Shown piece by piece: positions 35,964 to 45,117 of a stretch of 64,000 nt of DNA. The position numbers were made by a program, and so were the translations under genes. The stretch's first letter is position 1. Each line of letters begins with the position of its first letter. Source of the stretch: Mycobacteriales bacterium (GTDB lineage Bacteria > Actinomycetota > Actinomycetes > JAFAQI01); NCBI GenBank assembly GCA_035547035.1, contig DASZVL010000013.1:66503-130502 (forward strand). Reading direction: 5' to 3'. Under the pieces are notes generated by a model. It searched no databases. It was not told where the DNA came from and was given only the letters and a program-made list of their open reading frames with translations.

Positions 35964-36215
35964 ATGTCGTCCACTAGCCTGACCGCCGTGGAGGTACGCA
36001 TCGGCGTCAAGGGCGCTCCCCGAGAGCTCACCATCGAAAGCGCGCAGAGTGCTGACGAGATCCAGCAGGCGGTCGAGGCCGCGCTGGTGAAGGGCGAGCC
36101 GATCGTCACGCTGATCGACGAGAAGGGCCGGCGCGTGATCATCTCCGCCGACAAGCTCGCGTACGTCGAGATCGCGGACACCGACTCCCGCAGGGTGGGC
36201 TTCGGCGCCCTCTAG
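35964..36215 (+). CDS. DUF3107-family small protein (TB9.4-like)
   Basis: VEVRIGVKGAPRELTIESAQSADEIQQAVEAAL...YVEIADTDSRRVGFGAL; real start may be GTG 35988 (MEVRIGV). Confidence 0.7.
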   Translation: MSSTSLTAVEVRIGVKGAPRELTIESAQSADEIQQAVEAALVKGEPIVTLIDEKGRRVIISADKLAYVEIADTDSRRVGFGAL

Positions 36216-36285
36216 AGACTGCCTATGCGGCCATCGGCGGTCTCGCTGAGCCCGCAGGGTGGGCTTCGGCGCCCTCTAGAGGCTG
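36187..36285 (+). repeat. 33-bp direct duplication of the DUF3107 gene 3' end
   Basis: CCCGCAGGGTGGGCTTCGGCGCCCTCTAGAG occurs at the gene end and again about 58 bp downstream, followed by an imperfect hairpin GCTGCTGAACAG...CTGTTTCAGCAG between convergent genes. Confidence 0.7.
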
Positions 36286-36331
36286 CTGAACAGCACACTG
36301 GCCCGCGGCCGGCCTGTTTCAGCAGACTCCT

Positions 36332-37006
36332 CTAGGCCCGCAAGCCGAGCGCTTCCATCCGCTCGCTGTGCCGATGCGTCAGTCGCGCCAGCAGCTCTCC
36401 GACCGCGGTCAGGTCGCCGACGCCGCCCACGATCAACCTCGCGAGCGCATCGCGGTCGACCGCGACCCGTTGCGCCTGCACCAGCGCCTCTCCCACCAGC
36501 CGGCGCGCCCAGAGCGCGAGCCGGCCGGCGACGGCGGGGTCCGCCTCGATCGCAGATCTCACGTGGGCGACCGCGAACTCCGCGTGGCCGGTGTCATCCA
36601 GCACGTCGCCGACCAGGGACTGGGTGCCGTCGTCCATCAGCTCCGCGATCTCGCGGTAGAAGTCCGCTGCGAACCCGTCGCCGACGTAGGCCTTGACCAA
36701 GCTCTCGAGCCAGTCCGCCGGCGTCGTCGAGTCGTGAAAGGTGTCCAGCGGCGCGACAAACGGCGCCATCGCCTCGTTCGAGTCGACGCCCAGCGCCGCG
36801 AGCCGCTCGTGGAGCACCTGGTAGTGCCCGAACTCCGCAACCGCCATGGCGCCGAGCGCGGCCTTGTCCGCCAGGCTCGGGGCGAGCGATGCATCCACCG
36901 CCAGGCGCTCGAACGCGGTCAGCTCGGCATAGGCGAGCACGGCCAGCAAGTCGACGTTGGCCTCGCGCCGATCCTCCTCGGTCATCGGATCGGTCCACTC
37001 GGCCAC
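36332..37006 (-). CDS. ferritin-like domain protein
   Basis: 224 aa, four-helix-bundle-like pattern with spaced E/H residues (AVAEFGHYQV..., DDTGHAEFAVAH). Confidence 0.55.
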   Translation of the reverse strand: MAEWTDPMTEEDRREANVDLLAVLAYAELTAFERLAVDASLAPSLADKAALGAMAVAEFGHYQVLHERLAALGVDSNEAMAPFVAPLDTFHDSTTPADWLESLVKAYVGDGFAADFYREIAELMDDGTQSLVGDVLDDTGHAEFAVAHVRSAIEADPAVAGRLALWARRLVGEALVQAQRVAVDRDALARLIVGGVGDLTAVGELLARLTHRHSERMEALGLRA

Positions 37007-37165
37007 CAGGGAACCTTAGTGGAGCGAGATCACTACACTTGACGGCGCAAGACCCGAATCACCGCGGAGAGCCGTGTGGTGTGTCGGCCCCCCGCGCAGA
37101 TCGCGGGCGCGGGCCCACCAAAGGCAAGTTGACGGACTCCGCACGTAGCCAGGAGTCCGCTCACC

Positions 37166-38731
37166 ATGAAGACCTTTGCCGAACTGGGCGTCGCCGACGA
37201 CATCGTCGCGACCCTCGCGAGTCACGACATCAACGCTCCATTCCCGATCCAAGCGCTCGCCGTACCCCTGGCCATCAAGGGCCACGACCTGATCGGCCAG
37301 GCCCGTACCGGCACCGGCAAGACCCTTGCCTTCACGATCCCACTGCTGCATCGAGTCACGCCTGGAAATGACAGCGGCAAGCCTCAGGCACTCGTCGTCG
37401 TGCCCACCCGCGAGCTCGCTTCCCAGGTTGCGCGAGACGTCGACCTTGCCGGCGGTCCCCGCGGCACACGGGTCCTCGTCATCTACGGCGGGCGCTCGTA
37501 CGAGCCACAGCTCGAGGCACTGCGCAAGGGCGTCGACATCGTCGTCGGCACCCCGGGCCGTTTGCTCGACCTCGCCAACCAGAAGGCGCTCGACCTTTCC
37601 GAGGTCAAGGCCCTCGTCCTGGACGAGGCCGACGAGATGCTCGACCTCGGGTTCCTGCCGGACGTCGAGCGCATCGTGTCGCTGCTGCCGGAAGCGCGGC
37701 AGACGATGCTGTTCTCGGCGACCATGCCGGGCCCGGTGGTCACGCTGGCGCGGCGCTACCTCAGGCACCCCACGCACGTCCGTGCCGAGTCGCCGGACGA
37801 GAGCGCGACCGTCCCGACAACCAGCCAGTTCGTCTTCCGCGCCCATCACCTCGACAAGCCCGAGGTGCTCGCCCGGGTGATGCAGGCCGAAGGTCGGGGG
37901 CTCGCCATGGTCTTCACCCGCACCAAGCGCTCGGCCGATCGGATCGCCGCCGACCTCAGCGAGCGCGGTTTCGCCGCCGCGGCCGTACACGGCGACCTCG
38001 GGCAGGGCGCTCGGGAGCGCGCGCTTCGGGCCTTCCGCAACGGCAAGGTGGACATCCTCGTCGCGACCGACGTCGCGGCACGCGGCATCGACGTCCAGGG
38101 CGTCACGCACGTAGTGAACTACGAGTGCCCGGACGACGAGAAGACCTACCTGCATCGGATCGGCCGCACCGGGCGCGCCGGCGAGACCGGATCGGCGATC
38201 ACCTTCGTCGACTGGGAAGACGGCTATCGCTGGGGAATGATCAACAAGGCGCTCGACCTGCCGTTCCCTGAGCCGGAGGAGACCTACTCCACCTCCGACG
38301 TCCTCTACGAGGAGCTCGACATCCCGCGCAACGCGACCGGGCGGTTGTCAGCGGCGGAGCGCACGCGCGCCGGTCTCGAGGCCGAAGAGCTCGAGGACCT
38401 CGGTGAGACCGGCCGCCGTACGGCGCCCCGCAAGCCCGCCGGTAGCGGGGGGAAGTCGAGTGCACTGGGGCAGCGCAAGAGCGAGAGCGCAGGCGGCAGC
38501 CGGAGCGCCGGCGGCGCGCCACGACAGCGGCAGCGAACCCGCGGCGGCGTCGCGAACAGTGCGGGCAGCGCGGAGCCGGCCGCGCCACGTCCGCGCGCAA
38601 CGACGCCGAGCGAGAGCGAGGCAGGCGACGGCGTCCGCCGCCGCCGTCGGCGCCGGCGCCGCCCGAGCGGATCGAGCGCAGCGAGCGGCGAGGCTAGGCC
38701 AGAAGGCGGAGCAAGCGAGCTCGGTTCCTAG
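37166..38731 (+). CDS. rhlE: DEAD-box ATP-dependent RNA helicase (RhlE-like) with Arg/Gly/Ser-rich C-terminal tail
   Basis: Q motif FPIQA, Walker A ARTGTGKT, DEAD (VLDEADEM), SAT, HRIGRTGRAG motifs. Confidence 0.9.
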   Translation: MKTFAELGVADDIVATLASHDINAPFPIQALAVPLAIKGHDLIGQARTGTGKTLAFTIPLLHRVTPGNDSGKPQALVVVPTRELASQVARDVDLAGGPRGTRVLVIYGGRSYEPQLEALRKGVDIVVGTPGRLLDLANQKALDLSEVKALVLDEADEMLDLGFLPDVERIVSLLPEARQTMLFSATMPGPVVTLARRYLRHPTHVRAESPDESATVPTTSQFVFRAHHLDKPEVLARVMQAEGRGLAMVFTRTKRSADRIAADLSERGFAAAAVHGDLGQGARERALRAFRNGKVDILVATDVAARGIDVQGVTHVVNYECPDDEKTYLHRIGRTGRAGETGSAITFVDWEDGYRWGMINKALDLPFPEPEETYSTSDVLYEELDIPRNATGRLSAAERTRAGLEAEELEDLGETGRRTAPRKPAGSGGKSSALGQRKSESAGGSRSAGGAPRQRQRTRGGVANSAGSAEPAAPRPRATTPSESEAGDGVRRRRRRRRRPSGSSAASGEARPEGGASELGS

Positions 38732-38784
38732 GGCAGACTGGACGCCGGCAGACCGTCACCCAACGGCACGCGAAGGGAACCATC

Positions 38785-39228
38785 GTGGTCGTGCGATCCG
38801 TCGGCCCACGGCTGATCAGCGAGAGCGTCGACGATGTCGTCGACTGGGTGAAGACGCTCGAGGGCTGCCCACCCGTCACTCGGACCAAGGTCGCCCTCTG
38901 CCAGCACCCGAGCCATGGCGCCGATCCCGCAAACTGGTTCTACATCGAGGCTGACGTCCACGAGGGCGTCGCCCGGTTGCGATGCCTCGCCGGCGGTCAC
39001 GTGAACGACCTGCTCGACTCGACGGAGCACTGGACGTATCCGGGCGTGTGGGCGTGTCCAGGCTGCGGTCAGTCCATCGCCGAAGCAGTCTTCGGGATCA
39101 GCGAATCAGGCGGAATCGGCCGCTGGCTCGCCCTCGTGGCGCGCTGCGTCGAGTGCGGCGAGGTCGCCGGCGTCGCGGACATGGTCGTCGGCGACCTGCC
39201 GATCGACGAGCTCCTCGCCAAGCTCTAG
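38785..39228 (+). CDS. hypothetical Zn-ribbon protein
   Basis: 147 aa; two CxxC pairs (CPGCGQ...CVECGE). Confidence 0.45.
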   Translation: MVVRSVGPRLISESVDDVVDWVKTLEGCPPVTRTKVALCQHPSHGADPANWFYIEADVHEGVARLRCLAGGHVNDLLDSTEHWTYPGVWACPGCGQSIAEAVFGISESGGIGRWLALVARCVECGEVAGVADMVVGDLPIDELLAKL

Positions 39229-39352
39229 CTCGCCGCTCCGCCCAGCAATGCGACATCGCTGGGCGTCTTCCGCCGGGAACACGGCGTGTCCCGCCAGCAA
39301 TGTCACATCGCCGGCGCGAGGAGCCGGGAGCCCGTGAGTTGCGCTCTTCGCT

Positions 39353-39697
39353 CTAGATCTGCCAGGTGAATCTGACCCAGCTGGGTCGGTTGCAGGCCGG
39401 GCAGCGCATGTATGTCGGATAGTCGCGCTCGCCCAGTCCGATCGAGCGCACGGCGTCGCGGTGACCCACGCGCAGCGCAAGGTGCAGCGACGGAAGCGAC
39501 GCGCGCAGGGCACGCATCGGGCCGAGCACGGTGCGCTCGCCGCATCGCGAGCACTCGACAAGCGCCGAGCCCACGCTCGGCACGGCCATCTCTGCCGCAG
39601 ACGAGAACAACGCGCGCTTGCCCTCCGCGTCGACGGCAGCCGGCGGCGAAGCCGGGCGTGGCGCCGTGCGAGGTCGGACCCGGTCGAAGCTCGTCAT
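39353..39697 (-). CDS. hypothetical Zn-ribbon protein
   Basis: 114 aa; CSRCGERT ... CPACNRPSW; 4-nt overlap with the parA-like stop. Confidence 0.4.
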   Translation of the reverse strand: MTSFDRVRPRTAPRPASPPAAVDAEGKRALFSSAAEMAVPSVGSALVECSRCGERTVLGPMRALRASLPSLHLALRVGHRDAVRSIGLGERDYPTYMRCPACNRPSWVRFTWQI

Positions 39698-40707
39698 GCC
39701 GGGTCACCGCCAACCTGCCCGAGCTCGGCGTACGCCGAGACCCCGCCCTGGGTGAGCTCGATCGTGCGCGGTGACGCGGCCTCGGGCGGCAAGCCGACCA
39801 GCGACCGCGCGAAGCTGCGGTAAGCAAGGGCCCCGGGCGTACGACGACCCGCCCGCATGATCGTCTTGCCGGCGGCCGGAGCCTCGGCGAACCGGACCGA
39901 CCGTGGGATCGGCGGCTCGAGCACGTCGACGCCGTAACGCGTCGCGATGTCGGACAGCACGGCCTTCGCGTGCAGCGTGCGGGCGTCGAACAACGTCGGC
40001 AGCACACCGCGCACCTTCAGCGACGGGTTGGTCAGCCGCTGCACGTCCTGGACGGTGTCGAGCAGCTGGCCGACACCGCGGTGGGAAAGCGTCTCGCACT
40101 GCAAAGGCACGATGACCTCGTCCGCCGCAGTCAGCGCATTGAGCGTCAGGACGCCCAACGTCGGGGCGCAGTCGAAGAGGATGACGTCGTACCCGGAGCG
40201 GATCTCGTCGAGCGCCTGCCGCAGGACGTACTCCCGACCGGTGCGCATCAGGAGCTGCGCCTCGCAGCCCGCGAGGTCGATCGTCGAGGGCAGCAGGTCC
40301 GGGCCCTCCGCAGTCGTCTGCACGGCCATCCGCGCCGAGACCCGGCCGAGCAGCACGTCGTGGACCGACAGCTCGAGGTTGTCAGGGTCGAGACCGAGCG
40401 AGAACGTCAGGCATGCCTGCGGGTCGAGGTCGACGACCAGCACCGACTTGCCGAGCTCGGCCAGCGCCGCCGCCACCGAGGCGACAGTCGTCGTCTTCGC
40501 GACACCGCCCTTCTGATTGGCGACGGCGTACGTGCGGCAGATCGTCACAACTTCCTGCCATTGGCTCGGGGTCGGCGGACCTTCGCGAAGCGTCCCCAGG
40601 CTACCGGTAGCGTCCGTGCGTGCCTGAAGGCCAGGAAACCGACCGGCGACGCCGGCTCCGCTATTGGGCGGCGGGTGGGGCGGTGGACGTGCGGTGAGCG
40701 TCCCCAA
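39694..40707 (-). CDS. ParA/Soj-family ATPase (orphan partition-type)
   Basis: Deviant Walker A AVANQKGGVAKTT, DLDPQ motif; Pro-rich N-terminal extension may be spurious (alternative GTG about 40548). Confidence 0.75.
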   Translation of the reverse strand: MGTLTARPPPHPPPNSGAGVAGRFPGLQARTDATGSLGTLREGPPTPSQWQEVVTICRTYAVANQKGGVAKTTTVASVAAALAELGKSVLVVDLDPQACLTFSLGLDPDNLELSVHDVLLGRVSARMAVQTTAEGPDLLPSTIDLAGCEAQLLMRTGREYVLRQALDEIRSGYDVILFDCAPTLGVLTLNALTAADEVIVPLQCETLSHRGVGQLLDTVQDVQRLTNPSLKVRGVLPTLFDARTLHAKAVLSDIATRYGVDVLEPPIPRSVRFAEAPAAGKTIMRAGRRTPGALAYRSFARSLVGLPPEAASPRTIELTQGGVSAYAELGQVGGDPA

Positions 40708-41548
40708 GCACCTGGATCCGGACCCGCAGGTGGCGCGGGCAAGAGTGTCAGCGCCCTCAGGTGAGCTCGCCGCCCTGGTGGCGTCGGCCGCGCCTGGGAT
40801 CCCGGTACGCCGCGGCGCCCTGCTCGTCCCCGGCTACACGGGAAGCAAGGAGGACTTCTGGCACCTCCTGCCCCTGCTGGCTCACGCCGGCAGGCCGGCA
40901 ACCGCCATCGACCTGCGGGGTCAGTGCGACTCGGGCGGACCCGAGGATCTCACCACCTACACGATCGACGCGTTGGCCGCTGACGTCTCCGCTGTGCTCA
41001 ACGCGGCCGACGAGCCCCTTCACCTCGTCGGGCACTCCTTCGGCGGCCTGGTCTGCCGAGCCGCCGTTCTTTCCGGCGCGCCGGTCCGGTCCTTGACCTT
41101 GCTGGGGTCCGGTCCGGGTGCACTTGGCGGGTATCGCGCCTCGCTGGTCGAGGCGATGCGCCCGATCCTGCTCGGCGGCGGCGGGGTGCCCGAGCTGTGG
41201 CAGATCACCGCCGAGCTCAACGCCGCCGCGACCGCCCTCCAACCTCCCGCGGTCCAGGAGTACGTCAGGCGCCGCTTTCTTGCCTCACCCGCCGCAGCCT
41301 TGCTCGGCATGGGCGAGGCGGTCACGCAAGCAGCCGACCGCACCGACGAGCTCGCGAAGACCGACGTGCCGGTGCTCGTCGCGTGCGGTGAGAACGACGA
41401 CGCGTGGTCGCCGGCAGAACAGCAAGACATGGCCGACCGCCTCGGCACGGAGCTCGTGACCTTCCCCGGTACGGGCCACTCCCCCAACGTCGACACACCC
41501 GAAGCCGTAGCCGACACGCTCACGTCGTTCTGGAACGCCGTCGACTGA
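40664..41548 (+). CDS. alpha/beta-fold hydrolase
   Basis: Nucleophile elbow LVGHSFGG, 294 aa; likely true start GTG about 40697. Confidence 0.75.
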   Translation: MGGGWGGGRAVSVPKHLDPDPQVARARVSAPSGELAALVASAAPGIPVRRGALLVPGYTGSKEDFWHLLPLLAHAGRPATAIDLRGQCDSGGPEDLTTYTIDALAADVSAVLNAADEPLHLVGHSFGGLVCRAAVLSGAPVRSLTLLGSGPGALGGYRASLVEAMRPILLGGGGVPELWQITAELNAAATALQPPAVQEYVRRRFLASPAAALLGMGEAVTQAADRTDELAKTDVPVLVACGENDDAWSPAEQQDMADRLGTELVTFPGTGHSPNVDTPEAVADTLTSFWNAVD

Positions 41549-41650
41549 GCAAGCGCCGCGATGACCGGAAGGCCGAGCGAACGGCGTAGGAACTATCGAC
41601 GCGAAGCGGCGGTCGTTCCTCGAGCCGCGAGCCGGGCTCCGGTCAACGCC

Positions 41651-42538
41651 CTACTCGACGACGTCGTCCACGTGCGACGCGATGTCGGGGGCGAGGCCCG
41701 CCCACGGCTTGAGACGTTGGGGCGCCGCCTGCTTCCCTTCAGAACAGTGCTCGACGAAGTCGCACCACTTGCACAGCGGTCCGGATCGCGCCGGGAACAA
41801 CGAATCCAGGGCGTCCGCGTCGCCGCCTGCCGCGTCGAGCTGAGCGTGCATCTCCGACGCCTCGATGCCGATCGACTCGATCCGCTCGAGATGGCGAGTA
41901 AGCGACGCCTCGGTGTACTCCCACTCGATCACCTCGCCGGTCGGCAAGTGGTGCAGCTCGACCCGGTTGCACGGCATCCGGAACATCCGCGCGGAGGCGG
42001 CGGCGTACACCGCGAGCGCCAGCGAGCCGCGGGCATCATCCGTGCTCAGCAGATGCCGTCCGGTCTTGTAGTCGACGACCACCAGCTCGTCGCCTCGCCG
42101 GTCGAGCCGGTCGATCCGCCCTGACAACGCCAGCCGCGGTGTTCGCATCGCGACGGTGCGCTCCACGCCCAGGGGCTCGTCGGTCGGGTCCAGCGTCGCG
42201 ACGTACCGCTCGACCATGTCGCAGGCGCGGTCACGCCACTCGTCAGCCTGCTGGTCGTCACGAAAGCCGTTGGTCACCCACTTCTCATGGAGCAGCCGGC
42301 GCGCCGCGGAGACGGTGCGGTCCTGGACCGGCAGCGCCCACCACCCGGCCAGCGCGGTGTGGACGGCGGCGCCGAGGGAGTTGTGCGCCCACGGCGGTCC
42401 CTTGGGCGGCGTCGGCCGGTCGACGTAGGAGAACCGGTAACGACGGGGACAGTCGAGCCAGGTGTCGAGCTTCGACGGCGTCGCGGTGAACAAGCGAGGC
42501 GGCAACTCGACGGCAAGCTCGCCTTGCACCGGGGTCAC
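41651..42538 (-). CDS. RecB-family PD-(D/E)XK nuclease (Cas4-like fold with C-terminal Cys cluster)
   Basis: VVVDYKTGR (D..EVK-type) nuclease motif; C-terminal CKWCDFVEHC Cys cluster. Confidence 0.7.
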   Translation of the reverse strand: MTPVQGELAVELPPRLFTATPSKLDTWLDCPRRYRFSYVDRPTPPKGPPWAHNSLGAAVHTALAGWWALPVQDRTVSAARRLLHEKWVTNGFRDDQQADEWRDRACDMVERYVATLDPTDEPLGVERTVAMRTPRLALSGRIDRLDRRGDELVVVDYKTGRHLLSTDDARGSLALAVYAAASARMFRMPCNRVELHHLPTGEVIEWEYTEASLTRHLERIESIGIEASEMHAQLDAAGGDADALDSLFPARSGPLCKWCDFVEHCSEGKQAAPQRLKPWAGLAPDIASHVDDVVE

Positions 42539-43221
42539 CCGGTCAGTGTCTCGGGGACCTCCGACAATCGCGGGGAGACGCTCCCGAAGTCGATGTCCGG
42601 CTCGTTCTCGGCGTCACGCAGGTCGGTGAGCACGACGCCGTCGTACATCAGCACCCCTGCGGTCTCCGGCCACACGAGCGCCCACAGCCACAGCCCCTTC
42701 GCCTCGCCGACGAACGCCGCGCTCCGCCAGGCCTCCGGCAGGCACCACAGCGCGGTGGGATGGCCGGCCGCGATGACCTTGGCGTCGGCGGCGGCGCTGT
42801 CGAAGCCGTTGCCGGGATCGGCCTCAGTGAGTCCCGCGTGGCGCGCCCCGAGCCCGACGCCGGGCTCTTCGGCGATGACGAACAGCTCGGCCGGGCCACC
42901 GAGCGGGCTCGGCCCCGACATCGCGGTCACTGTCGCTCGCGCCCCCGACCTGTCGTCGCCGGCGTAGGCGAAGCCGCTGCACACCCAGCCGGGGGGCAGG
43001 CCGCCCGCGAGCCACAGCGGTACGCCGGCCCGGCCGACCACATGGGAGACGGCGTCCGGCCCGGTGTGGGCGAGGACGCTGTAAGGCGCGACGGCGCCGT
43101 GTCTCGGACACCGCCACTCGCTGGACCACAACCCCGGTTCGCGCAGGTCGCTGCCGCATCGTGGGCACGTGGGAAGGGCGTGCACCCTTGAACAGTCCTC
43201 ACCGGAAAGGGACAGAGTCAA
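42535..43221 (-). CDS. hypothetical protein with N-terminal Zn ribbon
   Basis: CPRCGS...CPRHG at N-terminus; 4-nt overlap with the downstream nuclease gene start (same operon). Confidence 0.5.
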   Translation of the reverse strand: MTLSLSGEDCSRVHALPTCPRCGSDLREPGLWSSEWRCPRHGAVAPYSVLAHTGPDAVSHVVGRAGVPLWLAGGLPPGWVCSGFAYAGDDRSGARATVTAMSGPSPLGGPAELFVIAEEPGVGLGARHAGLTEADPGNGFDSAAADAKVIAAGHPTALWCLPEAWRSAAFVGEAKGLWLWALVWPETAGVLMYDGVVLTDLRDAENEPDIDFGSVSPRLSEVPETLTG

Positions 43222-43224
43222 TAC

Positions 43225-43647
43225 GTGACTTCCCCTGATGCCTCAAATCAACACGGCGAACCGGGCGAACCCGTCGTTTGTGCCGGCGCGGTGATCCGTG
43301 ACGGCGCAGGCCGCGTGCTGCTGGTCCGGCGCGGGCGGCCGCCGGCAGAGGGCACCTGGTCGCTGCCCGGGGGCCGGGTCGAGCCGGGCGAGACGCCACC
43401 GGAGGCTGCCGCCCGGGAGGTGCGCGAGGAGACCGGGCTCGACGTCGTCGTGGGCGTGCTGCTGCAGAGCGTGACGATCTGGGATGGCCGCTACCTCGTC
43501 CACGACTTCGCCGCCACCGTTTCCGGGGGCACGTTGCGAGCCGGCGACGACGCGGCCGACGTCAGGTGGTGTCACCCGGCCGAGGTCGAGTCGTTGCCGC
43601 TTTCTCCGGGATTGCTCACGGAGCTTCGAAGGATGGGCGTGCTGTGA
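43225..43647 (+). CDS. NUDIX hydrolase
   Basis: Nudix box [24 protein letters not shown]. Confidence 0.85.
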   Translation: MTSPDASNQHGEPGEPVVCAGAVIRDGAGRVLLVRRGRPPAEGTWSLPGGRVEPGETPPEAAAREVREETGLDVVVGVLLQSVTIWDGRYLVHDFAATVSGGTLRAGDDAADVRWCHPAEVESLPLSPGLLTELRRMGVL

Positions 43648-43653
43648 GCCGAC

Positions 43654-44118
43654 CTACGACGCGGCGGTCGCCGGAACCTTCACGGTGCAGAAGGCACACC
43701 GGGTTGCCTCTTCGGGGATCGAGCTCTTGCACTCCGGGCAGATCTTGGTCGGCGTGGCCGGCTCCGGGCTCGGCTTGAACCGCTCCATCAGCACGTTCAC
43801 CGGTCGCACCACGAAGTAGTAGACGACGAAGCCGATCAGGATCAGTGAGAGCACCGAGTTCAGGAAGTCGCCGTAGAAGAACTTCGCACCGCCGAGACTC
43901 CAGTGGCGAGTGGCGAAGTCCGACGCCTTGCCGAGCGGGATGCTGACGAGCGGCGTGATGAAGTCCTTCACCAGCGACTGCACGACTGCGGTGAAGGCAG
44001 CACCGATGACGATGCCGACGGCAAGGTCGACGACATTGCCGCGCAGGATGAAGCTGCGGAAGCCGGACAGGTCCAGCCGACGTACGCCGTGGCGCACAAC
44101 GCTTTCCAACCGTTCCAT
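43654..44118 (-). CDS. mscL: large-conductance mechanosensitive channel MscL
   Basis: LDLSGFRSFILRGNVVDLAVGIVIGAAFTAVVQSL TM1 signature; C-terminal CPEC...CAFC Zn-ribbon-like tail; start trimmed from ORF 43654..44448. Confidence 0.75.
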   Translation of the reverse strand: MERLESVVRHGVRRLDLSGFRSFILRGNVVDLAVGIVIGAAFTAVVQSLVKDFITPLVSIPLGKASDFATRHWSLGGAKFFYGDFLNSVLSLILIGFVVYYFVVRPVNVLMERFKPSPEPATPTKICPECKSSIPEEATRCAFCTVKVPATAAS

Positions 44119-44213
44119 CGGGTCAGGATCAGTCACGTCCACCACCCCGCCATCCGCCTGTAGAAGGAGCCGGCTACTCCGGCACTGACAGCGGGAGGCT
44201 ATTCCCCTTGCAG

Positions 44214-44975
44214 TCAGGTGATCGTTACGCCCCCGTCGACCGCGATGGTCTGGCCCGTGACGTAGCCACCCGCGTCGGAGACGAGCCACACGAGCGTCGC
44301 CGCCAGCTCCTCGGGGTCGCCCATGCGACCTGCGACGACGCGGTCCATCACCGACTCGATGTAGCCGGGCTTGTACTGGTCGCTCATCTCGGACTTGAAG
44401 AAGCCCGGCGCGATGCAGTTGACCCGGACCCCCTTCCGGCTGCCCCACTGCTGTGCAAGATCGCGAGTCAGCCCGACCAACCCCGCCTTCGACGCGGAGT
44501 ACGCCGCCTGCGGCAGGCCGGCGGTGGTGAGGCCCAGGATGCTCCCGATGTTGACGATCGCGCCGCCTCGGGTCGAGGCGCGAGCGAAGGCCTGTGCCAT
44601 CCAGTAGCAGCCGTTGAGATTGATCTCGATGACGTTGCGGAACTCCTCCGGTGTCTCTCGGGTGCTCGGCACCGCTGCCCCGACGCCGGCGTTGTTGACG
44701 AGGATGTCGACGCCGCCCAGCTCACTCACAGCCGCCGCGACAAGCGCCTCGCAGTCCTCGGGCTTCGCGACATCGGTCGCCACGGCAATCGCGCGACGGC
44801 CCAGCGACGCGACCATCGCGCGTATCTCCTCGAGCTTGTCGACGCGGCGGGCACCGAGGACGACATCGGCACCGGCTTCGGCGAGGGCTTTCGCGAATGC
44901 GACACCGAGCCCCGACGAGGCGCCGGTGACGATCGCGACCTTGCCGTCCAGGGCGAACCGATCCATCACCGTCAT
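44214..44975 (-). CDS. SDR-family oxidoreductase (3-oxoacyl-ACP reductase-like)
   Basis: GKVAIVTGASSGLG, NNAG, YSASKAG catalytic tetrad region. Confidence 0.85.
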   Translation of the reverse strand: MTVMDRFALDGKVAIVTGASSGLGVAFAKALAEAGADVVLGARRVDKLEEIRAMVASLGRRAIAVATDVAKPEDCEALVAAAVSELGGVDILVNNAGVGAAVPSTRETPEEFRNVIEINLNGCYWMAQAFARASTRGGAIVNIGSILGLTTAGLPQAAYSASKAGLVGLTRDLAQQWGSRKGVRVNCIAPGFFKSEMSDQYKPGYIESVMDRVVAGRMGDPEELAATLVWLVSDAGGYVTGQTIAVDGGVTIT

Positions 44976-45117
44976 ACGTCCTCCACCCCACCCCACCGCC
45001 CAACACGGGTGCCGGCTCCGCCGGCGCTGCCCGAGACCTTATTTGGCTTGAGATCACACGCGTCCGACGGGCGCAGCGTCCCGGGTTTCAGGGGACGGCG
45101 GCGGTAACCTCCGGAGC

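Noticed and set aside
43654-44448. 264-aa ORF containing mscL
   Set aside because: The first 110 codons are Arg/Gly-rich with no TM. MscL homology begins at the internal Met (44118).
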